From Octopus vulgaris (Eukaryota): DNA of 64,000 nucleotides. A program made the position numbers and the translations under genes. Below are positions 14,110 to 27,848 of this stretch, one piece after another. The stretch covers positions 58,900,001-58,964,000 of the forward strand of contig OX597826.1 of the NCBI GenBank assembly GCA_951406725.2. Reading direction: 5' to 3'. Every line of letters begins with the position of its first letter. Within the stretch, counting starts at the first letter, position 1. Below the pieces are notes generated by a model. The model was not told the origin of the DNA. It was given only the letters and a program-made list of their open reading frames with translations, and ran no database searches.

Positions 14110-15598
14110 GGGAATAAATCCAAATTTACAGGAAAAAATCAGATTTAGGATTAAATCCAATTTTATAGTAAAATATTATATAATATTATTAGAGACAAAA
14201 CCACTATTTTGCAAAACAAACAAGGAAAGACTTAATCAATACATAAAATTTTAATAAATAGTAAAAAAAAACGCCACTACAATTGTTTCTTGTCTTGATC
14301 GACAATCTTCAGGTGGACTTCCAATCTAAAATATCAATATTTTAAAATATAAAAATAATAATTTTAAAATAATTAAAGTATTAATGAAAAAATATAAATA
14401 TATAATCTATATATAACCTATATATAATCCATATATAATCAATATATAAACAATATATAAACTAAAATAAACCTATCAACAATTAAATATAAAATATAAA
14501 ATATAAAATATAAAACAAAACAAAAAAATAAACTATATATACACCCATACACATATAACTAATTATATATAACCATATCTAAATACATACACTAAATCAC
14601 ACACCTATATATATATATCCCTATACATACACATAAAAACGTCTAGGCAACGATAAATAAATAAAATAGCTAAATACTTCAACACAATACTTATTCATAC
14701 TCCCCACACACGTACAACCCACATTCCCGCTCTAGAAACGGACATGTATATGTTGTGGTGTGTGGTTTACGTGTGTGTATTTGTGTGTGAATGTTTAGGT
14801 TAGGATTGCTATATAGGTATGTTATAGAGTTTAGTAAAGGAGATTTTATCATTATATGTTTTTATGAGTTTTGGTTTATCATGGTAGTTTTGTTAAGGAA
14901 TTAGTAGTAATTTGTGTCTATTTGCGATGTCTGTTGTTTTATTGCATTATTTCATTCATAATTTTTAAGTAGTGTTCGTTTTACCAAGTGAATATAATTA
15001 TTAATTCCATTTATTCCATTTCTCCGTTCATAATTTTAAGTGATGTCCGTTTCTAGAGCGGGAATGTGGGTTGTATGTGTGTGTGAGGGAGTATGAATAA
15101 GTGTTGTGTTGAAGTATTTAGCTATTTTATTTATTTATCGTTGCCTAGACGTTTTTATGTGTATGTATAGGGATATATATATAGGTGTGTGATTTAGTGT
15201 ATGTATTTAGATATGGTTATATATAATTAGTTATATGTGTATGGGTGTATATATAGTTTATTTTTTTGTTTTGTTTTATATTTTATATTTTATATTTTAT
15301 ATTTAATTGTTGATAGGTTTATTTTAGTTTATATATTGTTTATATATTGATTATATATGGATTATATATAGGTTATATATAGATTATATATTTATATTTT
15401 TTCATTAATACTTTAATTATTTTAAAATTATTATTTTTATATTTTAAAATATTGATATTTTAGATTGGAAGTCCACCTATTGTCGATCAAGACAAGAAAC
15501 AATTGTAGTGGCGGGTTTTTTTTTACTATTTATTAAAATTTTATGTATTGATTAAGTCTTTCCTTGTTTGTTTTGCAAAATAGTGGTTTTGTCTCTAA

Positions 15599-15605
<7 letters not shown>
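14105..15605. mobile_element. Penelope-like fold-back element, ~565 bp inverted arms (~14180-14745 / ~15043-15605) between (TA)n tracts
   Basis: Arms near-identical in reverse complement; ~300 bp spacer; HHR in each arm. Confidence 0.8.
14274..14316 (-). ncRNA. Minimal type I hammerhead ribozyme
   Basis: CCAC-CTGAAGA-TTGTC(GATCAA)GACAA-GAA-ACAATTGT-A-GTGG; intact core, palindromic helix III, GUA site. Confidence 0.8.
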
Positions 15606-15663
<58 letters not shown>

Positions 15664-15990
15664 GTTTCACTTACATCTCATTTCGATCATTTCTTTCTTT
15701 ACTCAATCTTCCAACTTACTTCCAGTTACATTTATTCATTCTTTCTTCTTTCCGCCAACGTCCCTTTAATTCTGCAATATTTTTCAATCCATTTCGCTTT
15801 TCTAAACATTTGACTCCACTTTTAACAATTCGTCCTATTTCGATTGGTTTATTTTGTAGATTTTTCTTCAATTCTATAGGTGTATCTATAGGTGTATGTA
15901 TGTATGTATGTATGTATGTATGTATGTATGTATGTATGTATGTATGCATGTATGTATGTATGTATGTATGTATGTATGTATGTATGTATG

Positions 15991-16068
<78 letters not shown>

Positions 16069-16150
16069 AATCCATACTCATATATGTAAACATCTCTCTC
16101 TCTTTGTTTCTATCTATCCATCCATCCATCCATCCATCAATCCATCCATC

Positions 16151-16244
<94 letters not shown>

Positions 16245-17279
16245 ACGAAAGTATTAATGTATGTATTTATATATGTATAGGTTGCTTTATATTTTTTTAT
16301 ATGTTTATGTGGTTGTCTTTCTGCTCCTTTTTCATTTTCGTTTATTTTTTCTCTTATTTTTCTTGTATATGTCCTTTTTCTTTAGCCCTTGTGGCGATAA
16401 ATAAAATCATCATGACCATCGTCATCATCGCTGTCGTCTCCCTGACAACATCATCATCACCACCATCATCATCATTATGCTCTTACTCTCTCATCACTTT
16501 CGTCTTCTCCTCTTCTTCCGTGTTCCACATCGTCATCATTATCGTAGTCGACATATTCATCCTGGTCCTTTTCCCTATTATTTTCCATTGCATGTTCGTT
16601 TCTTTTTTCTTTTTTTTTTATTCGTTGTTTTTGCTATTAACACGCTGATCTCATCGACAAGTTAATAGAATCTTTCCGTCCCCCACTGACAATATGTATA
16701 TGTATGAGACTCAGAATAGCCACCGATATACTATCTTGGGCAAAATTCTTGCCACATCTTCCGCGGAATGTCAAACCAGCGGGCGCCATTTTTTTGTTCA
16801 TTTGTTCCCTTTGTATTCTTCTTCTTGTAACTGTTGTTACTGTTGTCAATATTGTAATTTTGTTGTCGTTGGTATTTTCTCCATTCTCTTCTTCATCTTT
16901 TCCTCCTGCCCCTTCTCCTCATTCCTCTCTTCCTTCTCTTCTTATCTTCCCAGCCCTCCACTACGTATCTTTATTTCACACGTCATAAGATCCGTCTTTA
17001 GCCATTTTTTTTTTCGTTTTAAATTCTCTTATAATCCGTTCTCTACACATATACGGATTTGTGGGCAAGTGTGTGTGTATGTGTGTGTGTGCGTGTGCGC
17101 GCGCGCGTGTGTGCGTGTGTGTGTGTGTGTCTGAATGTTTTTACGTGTAAGCTTGTTTGTGGACATACGTCTAAGTTGTGTGTGTGTGTGGATGCATGCC
17201 CGCGTGTGTCTATGAATATGTGTGTCTGTGCATGTATTCATGTGTATATCTACGGAAACAATTATTTCATCTAACCACA

Positions 17280-17341
17280 ATAGCACCATCACCGCTACTG
17301 CTATGACGGTGACGATTACCACCACCACCACCATCACCACC

Positions 17342-17373
<32 letters not shown>

Positions 17374-17484
17374 CATCAACAACAGCAACAACAAGAGCAA
17401 CCACCACAACAAGAATAAAATCTTCTAATACTATCACCACCGATACTACTATCACCACTACCACCATCCCTTCTTCTTCTTCTT

Positions 17485-17535
<51 letters not shown>
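17280..17535. repeat. Compound trinucleotide repeats (ACC/AAC/CTT/ACT)
   Basis: Visible directly. Confidence 0.9.
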
Positions 17536-17538
<3 letters not shown>

Positions 17539-17936
17539 GCTAATGTTACAGAGGCTATTACCAGTGTATTTCTTGCTTATTGTGTTGTTATTGGTTGTTG
17601 TTGTTGGTGTTGTTCTTGTCACTAATATATTGATCTCTAACAAACACACGTCACACGGGTAGAGAAGTGCTATAGAAAAAAAGTATATATATATATATAT
17701 ATATATACTCAGTAAATTACATTTCTGTACAGAAACACACACACACACACACACGCACACATACACATACACACGCACACACACACATCCAACCGTACGC
17801 CACACTCTTAGGCGCACAAACACACATAATCACACAAACATGCAAGTATGTACATCACAGGATTAGAAATGGTTCATGGAAGTTGTATACTTTATAAACT
17901 ACACTTCTGCATATATACATACATACACACTGACAC

Positions 17937-17978
<42 letters not shown>

Positions 17979-18046
17979 GCATGCATACATGCCAACACTA
18001 GCATACGCAAATATATTCACTTGTGTCCATATGAATGTGTAAATAT

Positions 18047-18462
18047 GGAGGCGGATGCGCAATGACCCAGTGGTTAGGGCAGCGGACTCGCAGTCGGAGG
18101 ATCGCGGTTTCGATTCCCAGACAGGGCGTTGCGAGTGTTTATTGAGTGAAAACACCTAAAGCTCCACGAAGCTCCATCAGGGGATGGTGGCGAACCCTGC
18201 TGTACGCTTTCGCCACAACTTTCTCTCACTCTTGCTTCCTGCTTCTGTTTTGCTTGTAATTCAAAGAGCCAGCCTTGTCACACTGTGTCACGCTGAATAT
18301 CCGCGAGAACTACGTTAAGGGTACACGAGTCTGTGGAGTGGCTGAGCACTCCACGCTAATTTCACTTGCACTTGCACGCTAATTTCACGAGCAGGCTGTT
18401 CCGTTGATCGGATCAGCTGGAACACCCCCACTCGTCGTAAGCGACGGAGCGCCAAGAAACAA
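18047..18462 (+). mobile_element. SINE with family A head and a different 3' body
   Basis: Head matches 97-290, then diverges (AATTTCACGAGCAGGCTGTTCCGTTGATCGGATC..). Confidence 0.8.
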
Positions 18463-18702
18463 AATATACACAAGCGCGCGTGCATGCACACAAGTGTAGA
18501 GGAAAACGTGTATATATGTGTGCATGTGTATGCACTTGATTGTAACTATGTGTGTGTATGTGTGTGTGTAATGCTTGATTTTAGCTATATGTGTCTGTAT
18601 ACGCTTGATTGTAACTGTGTCTGTGTGTATGCGTTTGATTGTTAGTATGTGTGTGTGTATGCGCTTGATTATATGTGTATGTCCGTATGTGTGTTTAGAG
18701 CG

Positions 18703-18740
<38 letters not shown>

Positions 18741-19266
18741 TATCATACAGTGTCCGACAAAAGGGAAGAATCGAAAATAGTTGCGAATTGAAATTGAGGT
18801 CAGACAGAGAGAGGGGACACTGGTTCGAATCAAAACAATGACAGCGTTCACAATATTAAAATGATGGTCCACAGGTATTGCAATGTTGAAATGTCTTTTA
18901 ACAGTAATAATCTCAAGACTGTCTTTTAGAAGTGACATAGCACTGACATAACGGTCCCATAGCTGTGAAACAAACACACACACATTAATTAATTAATTAT
19001 TTTCAAGACTCATTTGAATCGCGGTATGTTGATGATAAAGACATCAGGTAAAGTCGAAATTAGAATAACCGTATGAATAGCGTATGCGAACACACACGCA
19101 TATAGCAACGTATGTATAGATATATCTTAACACGTTTGAAACAGCTGCAGTTAACTTTAATCCATTTCTGTTCTTTATACATACACACAACATACATACA
19201 TATATATATATATAATCAAGGTGCAGAAATGGCTGAAACAAGTAAAAGAATAAAAGAATATATATA

Positions 19267-19788
19267 TCTATATATATAAAACTGTAGTTGTGTGAGTGTC
19301 TGTCCCCTTCGATTTAGATTCCTAACTACTCCCACATTTTGCGGTGCAGTTTAACCAAATTCGGGTATCTTATAGTCGTGATTCATATCGAGCCCGTCTG
19401 GGTATTAGCGCGCGTCTACGATGAGTCTACGATTTAAAAAATAATTTAACATCATTTTTTATTCCATTTTAATGCATATTTTTTCGTGTGTCGATGGCGG
19501 CGGAGTCGGTGTCCACGCTCACACCTGCACATGTTTGGTTCTCCCCCTTCTTCCCTCCCTCGTGAAGCTGTGGGGAAGGGAGTGTAAGGAAATCAACGTC
19601 GTAAAGAATTGTCAAGGAGACCAGCGTTCTTTTAGAACAACGACTTCATGGCTTGAAGACACCAAAATTACCATCATTTTTATTCCATTTTTAATGCATT
19701 TTTTGCTATTTTTTGGCTATAACTCACTAAAAATGCTTATATAGTTATTTCCCTTACAAACCCGAGCAACGCCGGGCGATACTGCTAG
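19267..19788 (+). mobile_element. Non-autonomous Helitron, second copy
   Basis: TC..CTAG ends, same hairpin, high identity to 2220-2737. Confidence 0.8.
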
Positions 19789-19808
19789 TATATATATAAA
19801 CGATAAAC

Positions 19809-19945
19809 GTCGCCCTTTTCAAGCCTAGCCAAGCTGATGGGCCCGGTCTCCCGGTCTCCCGGTTTCGGTGGGGTATGTGTTCCCCCAGCTGGACGGATCG
19901 CCAGAAACAGGAAGAGAGAGTGAGAGAAAGTTGTAGAGAAAGAAT
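19809..19945 (-). mobile_element. SINE family A 3' fragment
   Basis: Reverse complement of the 3' tail at ~320-400 (CGCCCTTTTCAAGCCTAGCC). Confidence 0.7.
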
Positions 19946-20060
19946 AAGGTGATGTAATCAGATGGTAGAAAGAATTCCGCGAATTAGGTATTCCGAAGCC
20001 AGTCGGAAGTACAGGAGTACGTGTGAGCGTACGGTAAAAAAAGTTAAACAAAAAAAAAGA

Positions 20061-20363
20061 AAAAGAACGGGGAGAAAAGGACAACAAGAAAAAAACAAAA
20101 CAAAGCGAGCACGTGGTACATGCAACGTATTAATAAGACGGTCAGAGAAGGAAAGAAAGGGTGTTTTACGTTTTGAGCAGAGCTCTTCTTCAGAAACAGG
20201 AGGAAAGTCAAAGAGAAAATCGTCAACAGTACACATTTTGTTACATTTTGTAACTATGAATGGATGCGTTGTCAATCCAAAATGAGCGTCCTATTAATAC
20301 TTTCCATGTAACACGTCCTTGCGTTGTGTCTTTTCTTCTTGTCCTTTTCTTCTCCGTATTTTT
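20061..20363. mobile_element. Imperfect fold-back element containing a minus-strand HHR (20162-20198)
   Basis: Arms ~20061-20144 / ~20283-20363; TGTTT-CTGAAGA-A-GAGC(TCT)GCTC-AAA-ACGT-A-AAACA, G12 mutated to A. Confidence 0.65.
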
Positions 20364-20380
20364 TATCTTATATATACATG

Positions 20381-20431
<51 letters not shown>

Positions 20432-20434
20432 GGA

Positions 20435-20640
20435 GTAAAGACATAAATGTGAAACAAGGTGGAAAAAAGAGTACTCAAATACCAGTGGTAGAGTAATATG
20501 CTTTATTTAAAAGCAGCAGAAAATTCGACAACACCTGTTACTCTGAGTTTCACGTTCCCAAAAACTGTCCGACGAACCGGAACGTGAAACTCAGAGTAAC
20601 AGGTTTTGTTGAATTTTCTGCTGCTTTTAAATAAAGTATA
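20435..20640. mobile_element. Fold-back element in (TA)n with HHR-like motif at 20565-20602(+)
   Basis: Arms ~20497-20558 / ~20579-20640; CTGT-CCGACGA-ACCGGAACGT-GAAAC-TCAGA-GTA-ACAG. Confidence 0.65.
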
Positions 20641-21119
20641 TACATATATATATATAGGAAAGGAAAAAAATATTAAGGCAGAATGCTAAACTGAAAGCAA
20701 ATTTTTTTGTACATGGGTGTAAGAAAAATCAAAAAAGGAAATATATATTTATATATATATACAGAGAGAGAGAGAGAGGGAGAGAGAAAGAGAGAAAGGC
20801 ATTTAAAGTTATGTCTCGGAAGTAATGTCTTCTAACCAACGTAATCTGACACTTAAAACCACAACTTACTTATTCGATGAATATTTAAAAGTATATATGT
20901 AGGGATAATTTGAGAAGTAATTTTATTTTTATATGAGAAATCTGGAGCAGAACTATTCAACTCTTATATAACGCATGATAGCATCAAAAAACGTGTTACA
21001 ATTACACGGCATAACCTCGCAGGGGTTTGATTTGACACTGTTTAAAACAAGATACGAAACATGTGACATAAACAAAAAAATCATCTTTTGGACACATTGA
21101 TTTCAATATATATTTTTTT

Positions 21120-21346
21120 ATTCTTTTACTTGTTTCAGTCATTTGACTACGGCCATGCTGGAGCGTGGCCTTTATTCGAACAAATCGACCCCACGACTCA
21201 TTCTTTGTATGCCTAGTACATATTCTATCGCTTTCTTTTGCCGAACCTCTAATTTACGGGGACTTAAACACACCAGCATTAGTTGTCAAGCGATGGTGAG
21301 GGACAACCACATGTACACAAATACATGCACACGCACACACGTACAA

Positions 21347-21377
<31 letters not shown>

Positions 21378-21562
21378 TACAAACAAACACTTACGCACAC
21401 ACATAGATATACATACATATAAAATAAGCGCGTTATTAATACTTTGCATGTACCACGTCCGTAGATACATATATACATATATACGGATGCCTAAGGTGGG
21501 ACTGAACCCGGAGCTAAGTGGTTGGGCAGCATGTTCCTTGCCACACAGCTAATCCTGCGCCT
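21120..21562 (-). mobile_element. SINE family B, diverged and interrupted
   Basis: 3' part 21120-21310, head 21490-21562; 21425-21460 resembles the arm of the 20061 element. Confidence 0.65.
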
Positions 21563-21601
21563 ATATATACAATTTATAAATAAATATATATATATATATA
21601 T

Positions 21602-21991
21602 AGGCGTAGGCGTAGCTGTGTGGTAAGTAGATACCTCACCAACCACATGGTCCCGGGTTCAGTTCCACTTGGGCAAGTGTCTTCTACTATAACCTCGGGC
21701 CGACCAAAGCCTTGTGACTGGATTTGGTCGACGGAAACTGAAAGAAGCCCGTCGTATATATGTATATAGGTGTGTGTATGTGTGTGTGTCTGTGTAAGTC
21801 CCTCCAATATCGCTTGACAACCGATGTTGGTGTGTTTATGTCCCCCGTAACTTAGCGGTTCGGCAAAAGAGACCGATTGAATAAGTACTAGGCTTCCAAA
21901 GAATAAGTCCTGGGGTCGATTTGCTCGACTAAAAGGCGGTGCTCTAGCATGGCCACAGTCACATGCCTGAAACAAGTAATAGAGTAAAGAG
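21602..21991 (+). mobile_element. SINE family B
   Basis: Head to tail (TGAAACAAGTAATAGAGTAAAGAGTA). Confidence 0.85.
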
Positions 21992-22259
21992 TATATATAT
22001 ATATATGTATATGTGTGTGTTTGTGTTTACAAATACGCACACATATTCTAAGAATGTCAATGACATAATTTGGCCGTGCTAGTATGTTTCTGTCGGAAAT
22101 GCTCTGTATTGTCAATATTTTGTTTATTTCCAATGATATTTGATTCAACACGAACAGTATTCTTGTCGCAGTGCCTTACGCTTGTTTTGTTTTTCTTCCT
22201 CCAATTTAGGTTATAATATTTGTAATTTCAATGGATTATATTATTTTCTGAAGCTTGTT

Positions 22260-22577
22260 ATGGGAGAGTCAAATAGAATACGATGATCATTTTCGACACC
22301 TGCTTCTCTTCACTTTCGATCAAAACTTCAAAGATTCCAAAGACACTGGAGACATTTGCCATGTGTACGGAGGAGGCGTTATTGTTGAAAATAGTTTCTA
22401 TATTCTAGGAAGGTGAAATTCAATAGCAGAGACTCTCCCCTTTCTGGCTTACTTTCAGTTCACTGAGGATATATCGAACAAGCCAATCCGAAAGCATACG
22501 CACCTTTCAACTAAAGAATTGGTCAAGCAGATGGGATATTCTCATGATACCGTCGCCCATAACCTTCATTTGACGGA
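22260..22577 (+). pseudogene. Mariner transposase N-terminal (HTH) relic
   Basis: QIEYDDHFRHLLLFTFDQNFKDSKDTGDICHVYGGGVIVEN ... STKELVKQMGYSHDTVAHNLHLT, with frameshifts. Confidence 0.75.
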
Positions 22578-23079
22578 CGATCCTTCTGAAACGATGCGAC
22601 TGGCGAAATGGCATGATTCTTCAAAGCTAAAATGTTCACCGTATATGGCTAATTTGACGAAAAATGTTATTCAAGACCTCAGTTAAGAAGTTCAGATTTT
22701 CACCTTTTTCAATCGCTCACCAAGGGTCTGTGAAGTATTTCGTTCAACAACGATGTGAACCTGAAAAACATTCATCGAGTAATGATGACCCGGGGTTTTC
22801 TACCGCTAAGGCATTAAGAAGCCTGTGTACATTAAGAGAGAAGCCAATATTCTCTCTAATTTTGTCATAACATCAGCGATTTTAAGGAGTGCATATGTCA
22901 ATTACATCCTATTCTACTATTTTATCAAGCCCGAAAGGATGAAAGAGAAAATTAAACTTGAAATTTGAAATGTGAAAGAAGAGGCCCGGGAAAATGGCAT
23001 CAAATATTTCGCTCAACGAGCTAACAGCTCAGCTTGAACGCCGCCTTTATCTTGGTTTAATTTCGGTTTTAGAAACACT

Positions 23080-23123
<44 letters not shown>

Positions 23124-23149
23124 AATAATATATACACATATACATATAT

Positions 23150-23308
23150 ATGACGGGCTTCTTTCAGTTTCCGTCTACCAAATCAACTCGCAAGGCTTTG
23201 GTCGGCTCCAGGCTATAGCAAAAGACACTTGCTCAAGGTGCCACGCAGTGGGACTGAACCCGGAACCATGTGGCTGGTAAGCAATCTACTTACCACACAG
23301 CCATTCCT
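23150..23308 (-). mobile_element. SINE family B 5' half
   Basis: Matches 1205-1365. Confidence 0.8.
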
Positions 23309-23344
23309 AATATTAAAGTGTGTAAACACGTATGGCTCCTAGCC

Positions 23345-23555
23345 TTCGGAATCGTTAACACGCAGGGCAAAATCCTTAGCAGTGTTTCGTTCGGCTTTGC
23401 CTTCTAAATTCAAACTCCCTCGACGACGATTTTGCGTTTTATCCTTTCATCCTTTCGGTATCGATAAAATAAGTACCAGTTGAGCACTGGGATCGATGAA
23501 ATCGACTTAACCCGTCCTCAATCCTCGAAATTGCTGGCCTCGTGCCAAAATATGG
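23345..23555 (+). mobile_element. SINE family C, diverged
   Basis: GGAATCGTTAACACG..GATAAAATAAGTACCAGTTGAGCACTGGG. Confidence 0.65.
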
Positions 23556-24002
23556 AGCCCATATTAAGGCATACACCAATATTAGTATACACGCTGTATA
23601 GAATATATAAGATTACATTCAAGTTTTTATCTATCTATCAAGGTTATAAAATATTTTCCCATGATTTCCTTGCAGTGTGTTTGGAAATGTGAAGTTCTTA
23701 AATTTATTATAACATTCCTACCTTCGACTTGATGAAGAAATGTTTGCTGGATTTACTGTCTCTTTACGGCTAAATTTCGACAGCTATTGAAAACCCAACA
23801 TGCAGTATTAAACCGTCACATCTTTCATTTCTAAATAGTATTTTTAACAATAAAGTGTTAAAATCGTACATCGAAATCATATCAGTGATCAGGTCACAGA
23901 TGTGCGCTGAAATCTTTTGACACTTTATAGCATAAATTACTCTCATGGAATATGAAATACATGGCTGTAATAGTTCATGTGCGTTTATAAATCGTTTCGG
24001 CG

Positions 24003-24068
<66 letters not shown>

Positions 24069-24168
24069 CATACATACATACATACACACATACATACATA
24101 CATACATATATATACATACATACATACATACATACACACACACATACACACATACATACATACATACA

Positions 24169-24204
<36 letters not shown>

Positions 24205-24288
24205 TGTATGTATATATATATATATATATATATACATACATACATACATACATACATACATACATACATACATACATACATACATACA

Positions 24289-24322
<34 letters not shown>

Positions 24323-24754
24323 AGAGTTAGCAGTTGGAATAACCGTCTAAGGGATAAGAATATCCGTTATTACTACCGATATAAATTACCTATGTTAACC
24401 CTAGGCATGGAAATATTTTTCTAGATTATTTGCTAGTTTATCCACTTGCTCATCGACATCAAGCTTTACACCGCAAAATGGCATGATTCTAATTTATTAA
24501 GACTCCTTTCCTCCCCTCGAGGCCCAGATCTTCTCTCTTCTTTCTTCTCTTATTTTATCTTATGTATTTGTATCCACTCTGATGAAGATCCATGTATTAG
24601 ATAGCATGTGCTATAAAGATGAATATTATTCTTATAATTTTCTCTGGCGACACCGAATGATGTTCGTAGCAGAAACAGCTGTATTAAAAAGATATTTAAC
24701 TGATGATAGTCAAGTTGTTAGTTGATCAAAAGTTTTCTCCATTTTCTGTTCATT

Positions 24755-25072
<318 letters not shown>

Positions 25073-25489
25073 TGTATGTATGTGTGTATGTATGTATGTA
25101 TGTATGTATGTATGTATGTATGTATGTATGTATGTATGCATAGGTTGTATTAAACGTTTCCGGAGAAGTCAGAAGAGAAACGAAAATGCTCTATATTGGC
25201 AAGTAAACAAAAATGTTATTAATATTGTCTTCCAGTAAAAGGTGGGTACCTTAGGGTTCGAAATCCATATATGTAGACAATGAATTCATAACTACAACAT
25301 TTGTACGGTATGCTTGCAAATCGAGTCCACACCTAATATCGCAATAAGTATGACGTGGATTACAGCAACATACTCATCCAGTTTTTTCTGTTGGGCGTAT
25401 TAATGCTCATTTTTCCGTCGAGTGTTTATATGCTCCGGTATTAGAGTATTTTCTATAGTCAATGTATTCGGATAAAACTTATATTTACA

Positions 25490-25540
<51 letters not shown>

Positions 25541-25628
25541 TATACATATTTATATATATACATATACATACATACTGACGAGATGCCGGAGGTTTCCACC
25601 CGACATCTGAAACTCGGAGTCTTATTAT

Positions 25629-25681
<53 letters not shown>

Positions 25682-25866
25682 TCACATACATACACACATA
25701 ATATGGTGTAGAAAATTTTTAAGAATATGTTTTGGACGTGAATAAATCTCCACTCTCCTCTTGTTTTTCAATTATATGTGTGTACGTATGTATATATATA
25801 TATGTATATATATGTATATATATATATAGTTGTGTATATAGATATATATTTACATATAGATATATG

Positions 25867-25924
<58 letters not shown>

Positions 25925-26906
25925 AATATATACGTACACAGATGTACACACGAACACACACACACACACGGTCATACACGCATACGCACATATATACATA
26001 CGACGAACTTCTTTCGCATTCGCCATATCATATCCGCTCATATATCCATAGTAGAAGACATCTGCTTCAAAGTGCTACACGGCGGGATTGATCCCAAAAC
26101 CATGTAGCTGGAAAGCAGATTTCTTACTTACACAGCCATACTTACATATGTGAATATGTGTGTGTGTGTGTGAGTGTGAGAAAGAGAGCGAGAGAGATAG
26201 TGAGAGAGAGAGAGAGATGGAGAGAGAGAGAGAGAAAATGGGAGAACAGAGGAAGAGAGGGAGGGAGAAACTACAAGAGGGTTAAAGCTGACAGACGGAC
26301 ATTTGAACAGCCGCTGTGTTTCCCACACTTAGACAGCTGTTGCCCGAGGTTTGATCAGCAAAACATTGTGCTTGCTACTTTGCGAATGCTGAAGACTGAA
26401 GCTTTGGTAACATCTGGCACAGGGAACCAGTGAACTGTCTAATGTATTAGTTCAAGGGTGAAGTGCTCACCTTTCGACTGAGTTCTTTGGATAATACCAG
26501 CTGATGGAAGATTGTTTCGTTTGTTGTAGTCTGTTGTTATTGTTTTATTATTAAATTCATTCACAAGATTAACCAGTAACACAGATGCACACATGCAAAT
26601 ACACGCACGCATGCGCACACGCACACACATACATATCCCATCACATATACGCATGCGTACACAGACCCACTTTTTTTTTTCCTTTTCGAACTATTATAGG
26701 TGCCCACAGACTTAAATATATGTATATACTATTTCAGAAACACGCCCTCACACACATGAGCGCGTTCATATACCCGGTTACAAAATCATATCTCCAGGCT
26801 TTTACACATACACACACACACACACACATGCTCACACACACACACAACACATACATACACACACGCACACACATATCCATCCATCCATCCATCCATCCAT
26901 CCATCC

Positions 26907-26970
<64 letters not shown>

Positions 26971-27375
26971 CTCTTTATATATATCTATCTATCTCTCTAT
27001 TATATATATATATATATGTATGTATATACATATATACATATATACACAAATACACTCACACACACACACACACACGTACTCATATACACAAATCTACTTC
27101 TTGTTATACGCAAACTATAGTCAGCGCGACAACCCACCGATGACGTTCCACCGCACTCGAACCATGATCCATCGCTATTGTCATTTTCTGTACCACAGCT
27201 ATTTCCTAAACTAACAGCGATAGAGTGAGTGGTAGCAACTCCACCACCAATTTTACTACTACTACTACTACTACTACTACTATTTTGTTGTATCTGGGTA
27301 GAGTCATTTTCTTTTTGTGCCTTATAATCTAACACTCTCACCGGTAATTTCCACTTATTCCTTATTTCTATATTC

Positions 27376-27412
27376 CTAAACTTTTCGTTGCATCTTGCAA
27401 TCTTTTCAGTAG
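27376..27412 (-). ncRNA. Degenerate HHR-like motif in a repeat also seen at ~51185-51265
   Basis: CTA-CTGAAAA-GA-TTGC(AAGAT)GCAA-C-GAAAAGTT-TAG; uncompensated G8A. Confidence 0.35.
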
Positions 27413-27429
27413 TCTTGACAGTATAAATA

Positions 27430-27654
27430 TTGGGTTGGTGCATAATTATTGCGGCTTTCTTTCAACAAATTCTGTTCAATGAAAATAATAACGACATATA
27501 ACAAAAACATATTTAAATGATTATTCCGGAGCATATTCACCATCTACTTCAATTACTGCTTCCAATTTAAAGATGTTTTTTATTAAATATTGTTATTGTG
27601 TTTGTTGAATAAAATTTGTTGAAAAAAAGTCGCTATAATTATGCACCAAATCAA
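27430..27654 (-). mobile_element. Mariner-derived MITE (internal deletion derivative)
   Basis: TIR TTGGGTTGGTGCATAATTATTGCGG, similar to Hsmar1/MADE1-type TIR; TA on the left; minus strand encodes transposase-like C-terminus WEAVIEVDGEYAPE*. Confidence 0.8.
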
Positions 27655-27754
27655 CATGTGTGTATGTGTGCACGTCTGTGTGTGTGTATGAATATATATA
27701 TTTATGTATATGTTTATGCAATTCCAACAATTGTTAGATTTTTAAGGTGTGATC

Positions 27755-27836
<82 letters not shown>

Positions 27837-27848
27837 TTGTATACAGCG

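Noticed and set aside
24579-24735. CTGATGA motifs at 24579 and 24700
   Set aside because: First lacks helix I pairing, second lacks GAAA; not called as ribozymes
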